Assembly (NCBI GenBank): GCA_038848185.1
Contig: JAWCNV010000007.1
Span: forward strand, 9,378-73,377
From: Thermoproteota archaeon
GTDB lineage: Archaea > Thermoproteota > EX4484-205 > JAAOZP01
Reading direction: 5' to 3'
DNA: 64,000 bases
Part shown: positions 18,652-27,985 of the stretch, piece after piece
How positions within the stretch are numbered: position 1 is the stretch's first letter
Layout: each line of letters begins with the position of its first letter
Program-made: the position numbers and the translations under genes
Notes under the pieces: model-generated
Database searches by the model: none
Seen by the model: the letters and a program-made list of their open reading frames with translations, nothing else
Told to the model about the DNA's origin: nothing

Positions 18652-19338
18652 TTGGCGTCAAAGGACTTAGGAGAGTGGCTTAAGGACAGGAAGAAGCTGA
18701 AATCCTACGAGACACTGGTTTCTCATGCGGATAAGGTTTTCCAAGTTGTCGACGAGCTTTTGAATCTTGTGAGAGCATCGATGAATGCTCAAAGCTCTAA
18801 GGCAGACGCCATATACGTGAGACAAGAGCAGATGGAGAGGGATGCCGACTTCCTAAGAAGAAAGGTGATGGACGAGATTGCTAGAAGCGAGCTTCCACCA
18901 GATATGAAGAAGTATTTCATGGAGCTCTCTAGGGAGGTAGACATGGTTGCTGACTATGCTCACGGGGCAGGCAGAATACTGGCGTTTCTGCCTCTAAGCA
19001 ACCTTGGACAGGACATTAAGGATAAGATAGAGCAGATGTGCATAAAGACTAGGGAGTGCGCTTTAGATCTTAGAGATGCCTTATCGGCAATACTTTCAAG
19101 AGAGTACAGGAGAGCAGTTAATTTAAGCGACAAGGTTGAGGATGATGAGAAGGAGGTCGACAAGCTTTACGTGGAGGCACGGGGGCTTCTGTTAAGTGAC
19201 AAGTACTCCAATATGGATCCCAGAATGGTTATATTTCTCTCAGAGTTTTTCGAGGCGATAGAGGAAACCTCGGATAGGTGCGAGGACTCCATAGACTACT
19301 TTAGAGTTCTACTAGTTGAACTCACTAAGCCGAAGTGA
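18652..19338 (+). CDS. DUF47/PhoU-like phosphate transport regulator family protein
   Basis: two helical repeats with E..AD / E..VD and D..AD / E..SD..ED motifs. Confidence 0.82.
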   Translation: MASKDLGEWLKDRKKLKSYETLVSHADKVFQVVDELLNLVRASMNAQSSKADAIYVRQEQMERDADFLRRKVMDEIARSELPPDMKKYFMELSREVDMVADYAHGAGRILAFLPLSNLGQDIKDKIEQMCIKTRECALDLRDALSAILSREYRRAVNLSDKVEDDEKEVDKLYVEARGLLLSDKYSNMDPRMVIFLSEFFEAIEETSDRCEDSIDYFRVLLVELTKPK

Positions 19339-19342
19339 CGCG

Positions 19343-20953
19343 TTAAACCTTAATCTTCTTCACAACCCCTAGCCCTCTTGTCCTACCTTCTCTAAAAATG
19401 AAGGTGTCCCCAACCCTAACATATTCAGGCCTCTTTATGAATTCAAACTCAACGAGATCCGTGTCCCCTGTTCTAAGAGCATCCTTCCTCATCCTGACTA
19501 TTCTAGCAGCCTGCTTAATAGTCCTAGTCTGTATAACAGGCTCATACCCCACCATTATTGTCGTAGGATGATGAAGTATCCTAACCTCAGCGGTAAACCT
19601 TCTGACAGCATACGTTTTAGCTGCAACATCTAGAAGAACCATCCCAGTCCTAACCTCATCGTAATCCACGTTCGTTATGGCTAACGCAGCTATCTGGCCC
19701 GCACTAGCCTTCTCAACATGAACCCTGTTAACGTGGATAGACTTAACCCTGACTGTTCTAAAAGAGCCGTCGTCGAAAGGCCCCAAGAGAAGCATCTCAT
19801 CCCTCTTAACAACACCCTGCTCAACCAGCCCACCTACAACAAGACCGACACCCTCAACGTAAAACTTCTCGTCGATGAAGCAGAGCGTCTTCATACCTGT
19901 CTTCTCAGACCAGTCTGTCTTAGGCGGCAGAGCATTCAGAAAAGCCTTAAGCTCAGGCAAACCCTGTCCAGTAGTGTTCGAAACAAGGAAGATAGGGCAA
20001 ACCCTGAGGTGAGGCATTATCCTTGCGGCGAGCGAAGCATCACCCCTGCTCCTTATGGTGAAAGGAATCTTGTTAACCCCGGGAAGCTTGAGAATCGCCT
20101 CAACATCGCTAATAGTCTTCAGCAAAACTTCCTCGGGAGTCATGTCGACCTTAGTCACAACCATGAAGACAGGTATTTTAAGCGCAACCGTCAGCCCAAG
20201 GTGCTCCCTGAAAGTCCCGATAGGCCCAGCGTTACCCCCGACAACTATGCAAACATAGTCTGGAAGATTACCCAAGACTCCTCTTATCGTGGTCTTCAAA
20301 TACCTCTCGTGTCCAGCAAGATCAATCAGGGAAACAATTTTAGAACCGTTCAGAAAAATCTTGGACTCATCGTAGGAGCCGAGGCCATCATTAATAGACT
20401 CCCCTCTCGAGTCGAAGCCGAGCAGGTGGATCGCCACCGACGATGATCTTCTAAGCTTAATCTCATGAAGATATCTTGCAACCATGCTCATCGCAGCCCC
20501 GTCCCCATCATCAAGCCTACCGGATACTAGGACCCCCTTCAAAGTGGATTTACCTGAGTCAACATTACCCAGTAGGGCTACTGAAACCTGGACAGGCGGA
20601 AAATCCACAGTCCTCCTCACAAGGATTTCCAGAACCTTCCCCCGCCTACCCTTCTCAACCCTTGTCACCATGTAGGAGGCACCTATCATCCCAGTTATCC
20701 TATCGAGAGCCCTGAGGGATTCCTCAGCCTCCTCATCAGTGAGGCCAACTGTCTCACCCTCATCGCTCACACCCAGCTCGTAGAAAGCCTCCCCCCGGCC
20801 CTCGTTAAGCCTGTAGTTCAACTGGGTCGCTAGCTGCTGCAGCCTCTTCTCATCGTTAGCAGCAACTAGAAGCTTATACTCTACGTTACCCTCCTCCTTC
20901 TCCTTCTCCAACAGTCTGAAGGAAAACACGGGGGAGTTGATTAACTTTAACAC
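19343..20953 (-). CDS. archaeal GTPBP1/2-like translational GTPase (COG5258)
   Basis: EEGNVEYK N-terminus, GNVDSGKST, DLAGHERY, TKVD, HHPTTI, FREGRTRG. Confidence 0.9.
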   Translation of the reverse strand: MLKLINSPVFSFRLLEKEKEEGNVEYKLLVAANDEKRLQQLATQLNYRLNEGRGEAFYELGVSDEGETVGLTDEEAEESLRALDRITGMIGASYMVTRVEKGRRGKVLEILVRRTVDFPPVQVSVALLGNVDSGKSTLKGVLVSGRLDDGDGAAMSMVARYLHEIKLRRSSSVAIHLLGFDSRGESINDGLGSYDESKIFLNGSKIVSLIDLAGHERYLKTTIRGVLGNLPDYVCIVVGGNAGPIGTFREHLGLTVALKIPVFMVVTKVDMTPEEVLLKTISDVEAILKLPGVNKIPFTIRSRGDASLAARIMPHLRVCPIFLVSNTTGQGLPELKAFLNALPPKTDWSEKTGMKTLCFIDEKFYVEGVGLVVGGLVEQGVVKRDEMLLLGPFDDGSFRTVRVKSIHVNRVHVEKASAGQIAALAITNVDYDEVRTGMVLLDVAAKTYAVRRFTAEVRILHHPTTIMVGYEPVIQTRTIKQAARIVRMRKDALRTGDTDLVEFEFIKRPEYVRVGDTFIFREGRTRGLGVVKKIKV

Positions 20954-21014
20954 TAGCCTAAGCAGAGCCTAGGGAAAGCAATTATTTTAACTGTAAAAAA
21001 AAGGACGAGGGTTT

Positions 21015-22289
21015 TCAAGCCGGAGGAGGCGGTGGAGGTGCTCTCCCTCTCCTCATCAGCAGGATTATTAGAACAGCCTCAACAACCATCGCTACCGCAA
21101 CAACAGCCAGGAAGACCGTCTCCGAGCCGAAGAACCCTATTATGCCCCCGGTCGTGGTGGTTGCCGAAGGATAGGTCAAGGAGTAAACTGGCTTAGGAAT
21201 AGAGCGGTAAAGGTACCACCATCTTCGATACATATATAAGCCGACTCGTTCTCCAGAACTCAATCCTAAATAGCTGAGGGGTATTTTGAATTCGAAGACA
21301 CTGTTAAAGTTTGAGGATGCAGAGCCTCCTGCAACCCACTGCCAATTCCAATCACCCCCAGTTCCAGTATACCTGTAGTAGTCGATATAGTTGTTTTTTG
21401 CTGGATTAGCGCTGAAAGATACAGATGCGTAGAAGTCTGCCCCACTGTAGCTACTGTATCCTGTAGCATTATTATTGTCAGTGTCAAGATAAGGATAGAG
21501 GTACCGACTCAAGGTCCCGGTGTTGATGCTTGCTGTGGGAGTGCCTCTCGTATCTATTCTCATGTAAAGGTTTTCCGCATCGTTGGCAACGTAAATGTTT
21601 GAAATCTCAAGCTCAGAAGGGTTAATAGACCTAGATTGGAACGTTGCTAATGGAGTGATGTCACCCCAGTCCCCAGGATTTCCGTCCACTGTGATCTGCT
21701 TCACTGAAGAGCCTATGACATAGCTTAGCTCCGTCGTTGGCATAGCCTTGACTTCAGCATATGAAACCATATAGAAGTCTATTCCCCTAGCGGTGTATCC
21801 TATGTCCTGCTGGTCAACCCAGATCTCCATGTAGCTTAGTTCAGGTGCCAGCTTCATGTTCGGCCTCAAGTTTTTAACGCCTTGCCAAGAGTTGGCTGTG
21901 CTGTTCAACCTATAAAGCCATGCATAATAGGTAGAGTTGTCGCCATACAGATAGAATTCGATGTAGTAGTCCCGCCCCAGCTCATTGGAGACGCTGCCCG
22001 TCTCAGTACTTCTATCTGTATCCATGTATATTTGTAGATCTCGATAACAGTCTTCGGAGTTCGGCATCGCCCCATAGTACTCCGCGTAGAAGTATAATCT
22101 ACTTCCCTCAGTCTTCATGTAGACCGCCTTAACATCCATCCAGTCCACGCCATAGGCTCGCGGCGGAGAGTAGACGAGGGTGTAACCCTGAGGCTGGCTG
22201 GTGACAGTTGGAACTATTACGCTCAGCAGAGTCATAACAATGATAATAATCATGAATCCAATCCCATAAGCTCTAGCCTTAATTTTCAT
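21015..22289 (-). CDS. membrane-anchored surface protein with two DOMON/CBM9-like repeats and poly-Pro tail
   Basis: signal peptide; YMDTDRSTETG and YLDTDNNNATG repeats; ITVDGNPGDW; C-terminal TM followed by RRGRAPPPPPPA. Confidence 0.65.
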   Translation of the reverse strand: MKIKARAYGIGFMIIIIVMTLLSVIVPTVTSQPQGYTLVYSPPRAYGVDWMDVKAVYMKTEGSRLYFYAEYYGAMPNSEDCYRDLQIYMDTDRSTETGSVSNELGRDYYIEFYLYGDNSTYYAWLYRLNSTANSWQGVKNLRPNMKLAPELSYMEIWVDQQDIGYTARGIDFYMVSYAEVKAMPTTELSYVIGSSVKQITVDGNPGDWGDITPLATFQSRSINPSELEISNIYVANDAENLYMRIDTRGTPTASINTGTLSRYLYPYLDTDNNNATGYSSYSGADFYASVSFSANPAKNNYIDYYRYTGTGGDWNWQWVAGGSASSNFNSVFEFKIPLSYLGLSSGERVGLYMYRRWWYLYRSIPKPVYSLTYPSATTTTGGIIGFFGSETVFLAVVAVAMVVEAVLIILLMRRGRAPPPPPPA

Positions 22290-22340
22290 AGAGTATGTGT
22301 TTGAAACAAACTTATAAGCCTATTGGATAGAAAAAGCCTT

Positions 22341-23966
22341 TCAGATGGTCTTAAGGCAGGCTTTTACGAAGCCTTTGAAAAGGGGCGCTGGCTTAAGTGG
22401 TCTGGATTTGAACTCAGGGTGGGCCTGCGTCGCAACGAAGAACGGGTGCCCATCCAACTCTATGAATTCTACAAGCCTGTTATCCGGGGAGACGCCTGAG
22501 AAAATCATCCCGGAATCCTGGAGAATCGTGTGGTATTTGGGGTTGACCTCATACCTGTGCCTATGCCTCTCGTATACTGTTGACGCGTTACTGTAAAGCT
22601 TTGCGACGAGTGTCCCAGGTTTTAACACTGCAGGGTATGCGCCGAGCCGCATTGAAGCCCCGTATCTGGAGTCTTTCAACACCTCCTTCTGCTCTGGAAG
22701 AATATCTATAACTGGGTGCGGCGTATTCGGGTTGAATTCCGTTGAGTTTGCCTCCCTGAGGCCAGCAATGTTCCTCGCATACTCTACCACAGCCAGCTGG
22801 AGCCCGAGGCATAGTCCTAGGAAAGGAATCTTTTTCTCCCTCGCATGTTTTATAGCCATTATCTTCCCCTCAATCCCCTTGGTACCGAATCCTCCTGGCA
22901 CTATTATTCCATCCAGCTCCTCAAGGCTTGAAAGCCTGTTAAAATCCTCCTCGAAATCCGTGGAGTCGATGAATCTTAGAGCCGGTTTCACGGAGAATGC
23001 TGCGCAAGCATGTTTCACGGCCTCTATAACCGATATGTATGCGTCTGGAAGCCTGTATTCTCCTGTCTCGAAATATTTTCCGACTATCCCGATTTCCACC
23101 TCTTTCGTTGCAGAGTTGAAGGAGTTAGTGAAACCCTTCCAGTCTTCCAGCTTCGGCTCCTTTTGCTCCATCCCGAATTTCTCAAGTATCTTGCTGCCTA
23201 GGCTCTGCTCCTCAAATATTAGAGGTAGTTCATACACGTTTTTGAGATCCGGATTTGAAATAATATGGTCCTTAGGAACATTGCAGAATATTGATATCTT
23301 GCCCTTCCTAACATCGTCTATGGATTCCTCTGACCTGCAGACTATGAAGTCTGGCTGTATACCTAGTTCGCCAAGCCTCTCAACAGACTGTTGAACAGGC
23401 TTAGTCTTCATCTCTCCTAGGTGTTTTGGAATAGGAAGGTAAGCCACATGTACGAACACTACTCTGTCACCCTCAGCCTTCATCATTCTCGCAGCCATGT
23501 AGTAGATTTCGCTCTGATACTCTCCTACTGTTCCACCTATCTCAACGATAGTGAAGTCAGCCTTAGCCTCCTCCGCCGCCGTCCTTATTCGTCGCTTTAT
23601 CTCGTCAGTTATGTGAGGAATTACCTCAACCGTCTTACCAAGATATTCCCCCTTCCTCTCCTTCTCTATGACTGCTCCATATATTTGGCCGGTTGTAATA
23701 TTGTTCCTCTTAGGAATATTTATGTCCAAGAACCTTTCGTAATGCCCGAGGTCCTGATCTATTTCTCCAGCATCCTCAGTAACCCAGACTTCCCCGTGCT
23801 CAGTTGGCCTAAGTGTGCCAGCATCATAATTCAGGTAGGGATCTATTTTAACTGCTGTGACATGGTAACCTCTTGCCTGGAGGATTTTCCCTATGGAGGC
23901 TGCAGTAATGCCCTTGCCTATTCCAGAAATAACGCCGCCGGTCACAAATATGTAGTTTGTGTGCAC
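22341..23966 (-). CDS. pyrG: CTP synthase
   Basis: VTGGVISGIGKG, KTKPVQ, GLCLG, ERHRHRYE, QAHPEF; GTG 23966 fits a TATA-like element near 23991-23996 (track start 24008). Confidence 0.97.
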   Translation of the reverse strand: MHTNYIFVTGGVISGIGKGITAASIGKILQARGYHVTAVKIDPYLNYDAGTLRPTEHGEVWVTEDAGEIDQDLGHYERFLDINIPKRNNITTGQIYGAVIEKERKGEYLGKTVEVIPHITDEIKRRIRTAAEEAKADFTIVEIGGTVGEYQSEIYYMAARMMKAEGDRVVFVHVAYLPIPKHLGEMKTKPVQQSVERLGELGIQPDFIVCRSEESIDDVRKGKISIFCNVPKDHIISNPDLKNVYELPLIFEEQSLGSKILEKFGMEQKEPKLEDWKGFTNSFNSATKEVEIGIVGKYFETGEYRLPDAYISVIEAVKHACAAFSVKPALRFIDSTDFEEDFNRLSSLEELDGIIVPGGFGTKGIEGKIMAIKHAREKKIPFLGLCLGLQLAVVEYARNIAGLREANSTEFNPNTPHPVIDILPEQKEVLKDSRYGASMRLGAYPAVLKPGTLVAKLYSNASTVYERHRHRYEVNPKYHTILQDSGMIFSGVSPDNRLVEFIELDGHPFFVATQAHPEFKSRPLKPAPLFKGFVKACLKTI

Positions 23967-24199
23967 AACAGGATTTTCTGAAACCCTGTAATAAGCGTTT
24001 CCTTTCATCCCATGGAAGTATATTAGGCTTGAATATTAATGGAGGCGGGAGAAAAAACAGATAGTTGACATCTGGAGTCCAAAAAAAGTCCGGGAAGGGG
24101 GTTGAAAGGGGGTAAACAATCGGGTTAGACCGAGATTATAAGATTCACAGCCTCGTAAATCAGTCATAACAGAAGAGTATGTTTAAATATCGCTTAGGA

Positions 24200-24213
24200 A
24201 CCGTATATACGGT
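24200..24213. promoter_or_regulatory. palindromic operator of the VapBC operon
   Basis: perfect 14-bp palindrome ACCGTATATACGGT between TTTAAATA (24182-89) and the antitoxin ATG. Confidence 0.7.
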
Positions 24214-24221
24214 GTAATACG

Positions 24222-24470
24222 ATGAGCGATATGATCACCGTAAGAATTCCCAAGAAGTTAAAGAAAAGGATGAAGGCGAGTAAGATTAATTGGAGCGGGG
24301 CTATAAGGAGATTCATTGAGAAACGAATAGTTTTTGAAGAAAGGAAAAGAAGCATTGAAAAAGCTGTTGAAACAATGGATGAGATTAGGAATAGGTTGAT
24401 ACACTCCTATGGTCCTACAAGTTACGATTCTATCGAGGTGATTAAGCTCTGGAGGAGCTTAAGAAAGTAG
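24222..24470 (+). CDS. vapB: ribbon-helix-helix antitoxin (VapB-type)
   Basis: MITVRIPKKLK..M....INWS..IRRFI; upstream of and overlapping a PIN gene. Confidence 0.82.
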   Translation: MSDMITVRIPKKLKKRMKASKINWSGAIRRFIEKRIVFEERKRSIEKAVETMDEIRNRLIHSYGPTSYDSIEVIKLWRSLRK

Positions 24471-24877
24471 TTCTTGATGCCAGTGTAGTTGTAAAATGGT
24501 TCGTCCCCGAAGCCTATTATGAAAAGGCTCTAACCATCAGGAGGGCTTTCTTAAACGGCAGGATAAAACTTGCAGAGCCAAGCCTTTTGATATATGAGGT
24601 TGCTAATGCCCTGAGGTTTCACAAGATCTACAAGCTCTCGGAAGACGATATGGTTGAAGCAGTTAGAGCAATCTTAGCTTTCAGAATGCTTGAGAAGGTG
24701 AAGAGGGAAGACTGGAGGAAGACCCTTGAACTCTCTATGAGTAGGGAAGTAAGCATATATGATGCAATCTATGCTGCATTAGCAATTAGACTTGAGGCAA
24801 CACTGATTACAAGTGACGCTGAAACGAAGAAAAAACTAGGGGACCAAGCAAGTATTGTGTTACTAAAAGATCTATAG
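24449..24877 (+). CDS. vapC: PIN-domain toxin (VapC), probable CTG start
   Basis: KVVLDASVVVKW lies upstream of the track start; YEVANA, SIYDAIY, LITSD; SD GAGGTGA 24435-41, in-frame TAA 24443-45. Confidence 0.88.
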   Translation: MEELKKVVLDASVVVKWFVPEAYYEKALTIRRAFLNGRIKLAEPSLLIYEVANALRFHKIYKLSEDDMVEAVRAILAFRMLEKVKREDWRKTLELSMSREVSIYDAIYAALAIRLEATLITSDAETKKKLGDQASIVLLKDL

Positions 24878-25074
24878 CAAGTTGTGAAAAATGCGATTAG
24901 TCTTTATTAGAAGAATTTCTGGTAGATTAAGACATCGCAAACACCATCAGCTAATAGATAATGGATTATCCAGTATTGCCTAATGCTGCTTACGCTTTAA
25001 AATAAATTTGATTGTCGTTAAAAGTATTGTTCATCCAAAAGTTTTTAAAGAGGGGAAAGGCTTTCTCACGAGGC

Positions 25075-26091
25075 TTGAAATTCCTTAGATGCAAGGAAGT
25101 AATTCCGCGCATAAAAGGAAGAGTTGCGATCATTGGGGCAGGGCCAGCTGGATTGACCGCCGCAGGATCATTGGTATGTGATGGGGTTGAGGTTGATGTT
25201 TACGATATGCTGCCTGAGGCAGGTGGCCTACTTCTATTCGGCATCCCGGAGTTCAGGATTCCTAAGAAGGGGGTTAGAGAAGGGGTGAAGGAGCTTGTTG
25301 AAAAAGGAATCGTCTTCAAACTCGGTAGTAAGGTTCATGATTCTGAGCATCGCGATGTGGATTTTACGGAGATCGTTGAAAGATATGATGCTGTTCTAAT
25401 AGCCACAGGAGCATGGGAACCGCGCAGGTTGAAAGTTGAAGGCGAAGACCTTCAGGGCGTTTTCCACGCTGCCCCATACATCGTGAAATACTATTTGACG
25501 AAGTTCGGATACGCCTCTCCCTCAAGTCTTCCTAGCCTAGGAAGATCGGTTGCAGTCATCGGAGCAGGCTTAACAGCTATTGACTCAGCCCTCCTAGCAC
25601 TTGAAATCGGTGTGAAGGAAGTTTACCTTGTTTATAGAAGAACTAGGAAGGAGGCTCCAGCAGGCGAGAAGGAGCTTAAAATGCTTGAGGAGAAAGGAGT
25701 TAGCGTAGTGGAGCTTAAGGCCCCCGTAGGCTTCAAGGGTGAAGACGGGAGGCTCAGGCAAATGTTAACTGTGGATATGCAGCTTGGGCCGCCTGACAGG
25801 AGCGGCAGACCCTCACCAATACCTGTCCCAGGCTCTGAGAAGGCTTTTGAGGTTGATTCAGTAATAGTGGCGACAGGAGGCTGTTCAACACCCCCATTCA
25901 AGAAGTATTCTGACAAGATCCGTGTGATGGAGGACGGCAGGATAATCGTTGACGATAAGAGGAGGACCAGTAAGACAGGTGTTTTCGCAGCCGGAGATGT
26001 TGAGTCAGGACCGTCACTAATAGGTCCGGCATTGAAATCCGGGTTAATCGCAGCAGAATCCATAAAAGAGTATTTAACTCAAAAAGTTTGA
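25075..26091 (+). CDS. FAD/NAD(P)-dependent oxidoreductase, GltD/SudA-like without N-terminal Fe-S domain
   Basis: IGAGPAGL, GGLLLFGIPEFRIP, IGAGLTAID, VFAAGD; likely start MKFLRC. Confidence 0.82.
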   Translation: MKFLRCKEVIPRIKGRVAIIGAGPAGLTAAGSLVCDGVEVDVYDMLPEAGGLLLFGIPEFRIPKKGVREGVKELVEKGIVFKLGSKVHDSEHRDVDFTEIVERYDAVLIATGAWEPRRLKVEGEDLQGVFHAAPYIVKYYLTKFGYASPSSLPSLGRSVAVIGAGLTAIDSALLALEIGVKEVYLVYRRTRKEAPAGEKELKMLEEKGVSVVELKAPVGFKGEDGRLRQMLTVDMQLGPPDRSGRPSPIPVPGSEKAFEVDSVIVATGGCSTPPFKKYSDKIRVMEDGRIIVDDKRRTSKTGVFAAGDVESGPSLIGPALKSGLIAAESIKEYLTQKV

Positions 26092-26160
26092 AAACTATTT
26101 GTAAATTCAACAGTCAATAAAGTTTTTCAACTTCTACCACTCTATATTTACGGTGAGTCA

Positions 26161-26715
26161 GTGTTGAATAAGCGTATTACAATCCTTGGTTTTACAGGAA
26201 GCCTTAGGAAGGACTCTTATAATAGGGCTCTGCTGGAAAATGCTTCAGAACTTTTGCCGAGTGAGACAAGGCTTGAAGTATTCGACTTAACCAGTATTCC
26301 TATTTTCAACCAAGATTTAGAAGCAGAGATGCCGAGCATAGTGCTAGATTTCAAGAGCAGGATTAAGACTTCAGACGCGATTCTCATAGCTACACCAGAA
26401 TACAACCATTCTATACCAGGTGTTCTCAAGAATGCTATTGACTGGGCTTCAAGACCTTACGGAGACAATTCCTTCGAAGATAAGCCTGTTGCAGTAATTA
26501 GCGCATCCCCCGGTATGCTGGGGGGAGTCAGGGCACAAATACACTTGAAACAAATACTCCAAGCCTTAGACATGCGTATAGTCAATAAGCCTGAGGTAAT
26601 TCTGTCTTTTGCATCTAAGAAGATAGATAAGAATGGGAAGCTGATCGATGAAACAGCGAGGAAATTAATAGGTGATCTTCTTAAGAACTTGGTGGATTTA
26701 GCCAAGACGCAGTGA
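26161..26715 (+). CDS. NADPH-dependent FMN reductase (ChrR/SsuE flavodoxin-like)
   Basis: GSLRKDSYN, TPEYNHSIPGVLKNAIDW. Confidence 0.92.
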   Translation: MLNKRITILGFTGSLRKDSYNRALLENASELLPSETRLEVFDLTSIPIFNQDLEAEMPSIVLDFKSRIKTSDAILIATPEYNHSIPGVLKNAIDWASRPYGDNSFEDKPVAVISASPGMLGGVRAQIHLKQILQALDMRIVNKPEVILSFASKKIDKNGKLIDETARKLIGDLLKNLVDLAKTQ

Positions 26716-26770
26716 GTGAACTAGTTCGGCAAATTGGAGGGTTTTTCTGTTAACGAATTCTTCAGGATTG

Positions 26771-27835
26771 TTAGAAATCCCATTCGACAGTTGTTTCCCT
26801 ACCTTCTACTGCAGACCTGTGGATTGCTTCAAGAATAGCTTGAACCCTAAGTCCTTCAATAGCGGGTGAAAACAGGGGTCTCCCTTCTTTAACTGATTGT
26901 ACGAATTTCCTGATCCTCTCCTCATATATGTTTACTTCAGGAAACTTATCTTGCGGCTTTACGACCATCCTGACTCCCTGAACCTCCTTGTAGATTTCAA
27001 AAGGATCTAGTTGCACTCCGCCTTCCGTTCCGAGGAGCGTGAGGCCGAATTTGTCCTCGCTTATGAATGAAGCCCAGTTTGTCTCAAGAAGCATCGTGAA
27101 ATCCTTTTCAAACTTTACTAGGGCGAAAGCATTATCCTCCACTTCAAAATCCTCAGGGTTCCAAGTTTTTCCCCAGCATCCTTTTTCAGCCATCTCTGGT
27201 CTCCTGCCGAACTTGCTGTATTCTACTCCGAATGCTGATTTAGGCTTAGGAAAATTGGTGACGTACATTGCAGAGTCAACCGCGTAGCAACCTATGTCAA
27301 ACAATGGCCCTGTGCCAGAAAGCTTTCTGCTCATGAAGGTTTTCGCAGGCGGTATACCCCACCTTCTTAATGCGAGGGCCCTAGCGTAGTAGACTTCACC
27401 AAGCTCCCCTGAGTCTATGAGGCTTCTCAGAATGTTCAAGTCGGGTCTAAACCGGGTCTGGAAGCCGACGATCAGTATTCTGCCTGTCTTCTTAGATGCT
27501 TCATACATTTCTATAGCGTCTTTAAGGCTTCCAGCCATAGGTTTCTCAGTTAAGACATGCGCCCCCTTCTTCATTGCGGCAACGGCAGGATCCTTATGGA
27601 ACATGTTGGGCGTGCAGACGCTGACTGCATCCATCTCCTCTTTCTCAAGCATCTCGTTATAATCAACATAGTGCTTGGGGATTTTGAACTCTTCCGCCAT
27701 GCTTCTAGCAGCGTTAGCATCTATGTCTGCACATGCAACAATTTCAACGTCGCTGATCTTCCTGTAGTTTGGAGCATGGGCGAACCTAGCTATTCCTCCG
27801 CACCCAATTATACCTACCCTAATCTTCTGACTCAT
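26771..27835 (-). CDS. Gfo/Idh/MocA family oxidoreductase
   Basis: GIIGCGGIA, TEKPMA, GPLFDIGCY. Confidence 0.92.
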   Translation of the reverse strand: MSQKIRVGIIGCGGIARFAHAPNYRKISDVEIVACADIDANAARSMAEEFKIPKHYVDYNEMLEKEEMDAVSVCTPNMFHKDPAVAAMKKGAHVLTEKPMAGSLKDAIEMYEASKKTGRILIVGFQTRFRPDLNILRSLIDSGELGEVYYARALALRRWGIPPAKTFMSRKLSGTGPLFDIGCYAVDSAMYVTNFPKPKSAFGVEYSKFGRRPEMAEKGCWGKTWNPEDFEVEDNAFALVKFEKDFTMLLETNWASFISEDKFGLTLLGTEGGVQLDPFEIYKEVQGVRMVVKPQDKFPEVNIYEERIRKFVQSVKEGRPLFSPAIEGLRVQAILEAIHRSAVEGRETTVEWDF

Positions 27836-27985
27836 GGAGCATGCGGAAAAACTTCTTTTTAATAAGGTTTTTTACAATATTTTTTGGACAAACAGTCTGC
27901 ATCTTGGCTTCAATAGTCCCATAAACTTCCCTTGGATACGGTTTAAATAACGATTTATTAAGCGGATTAAGCATGATGAGAGGAT

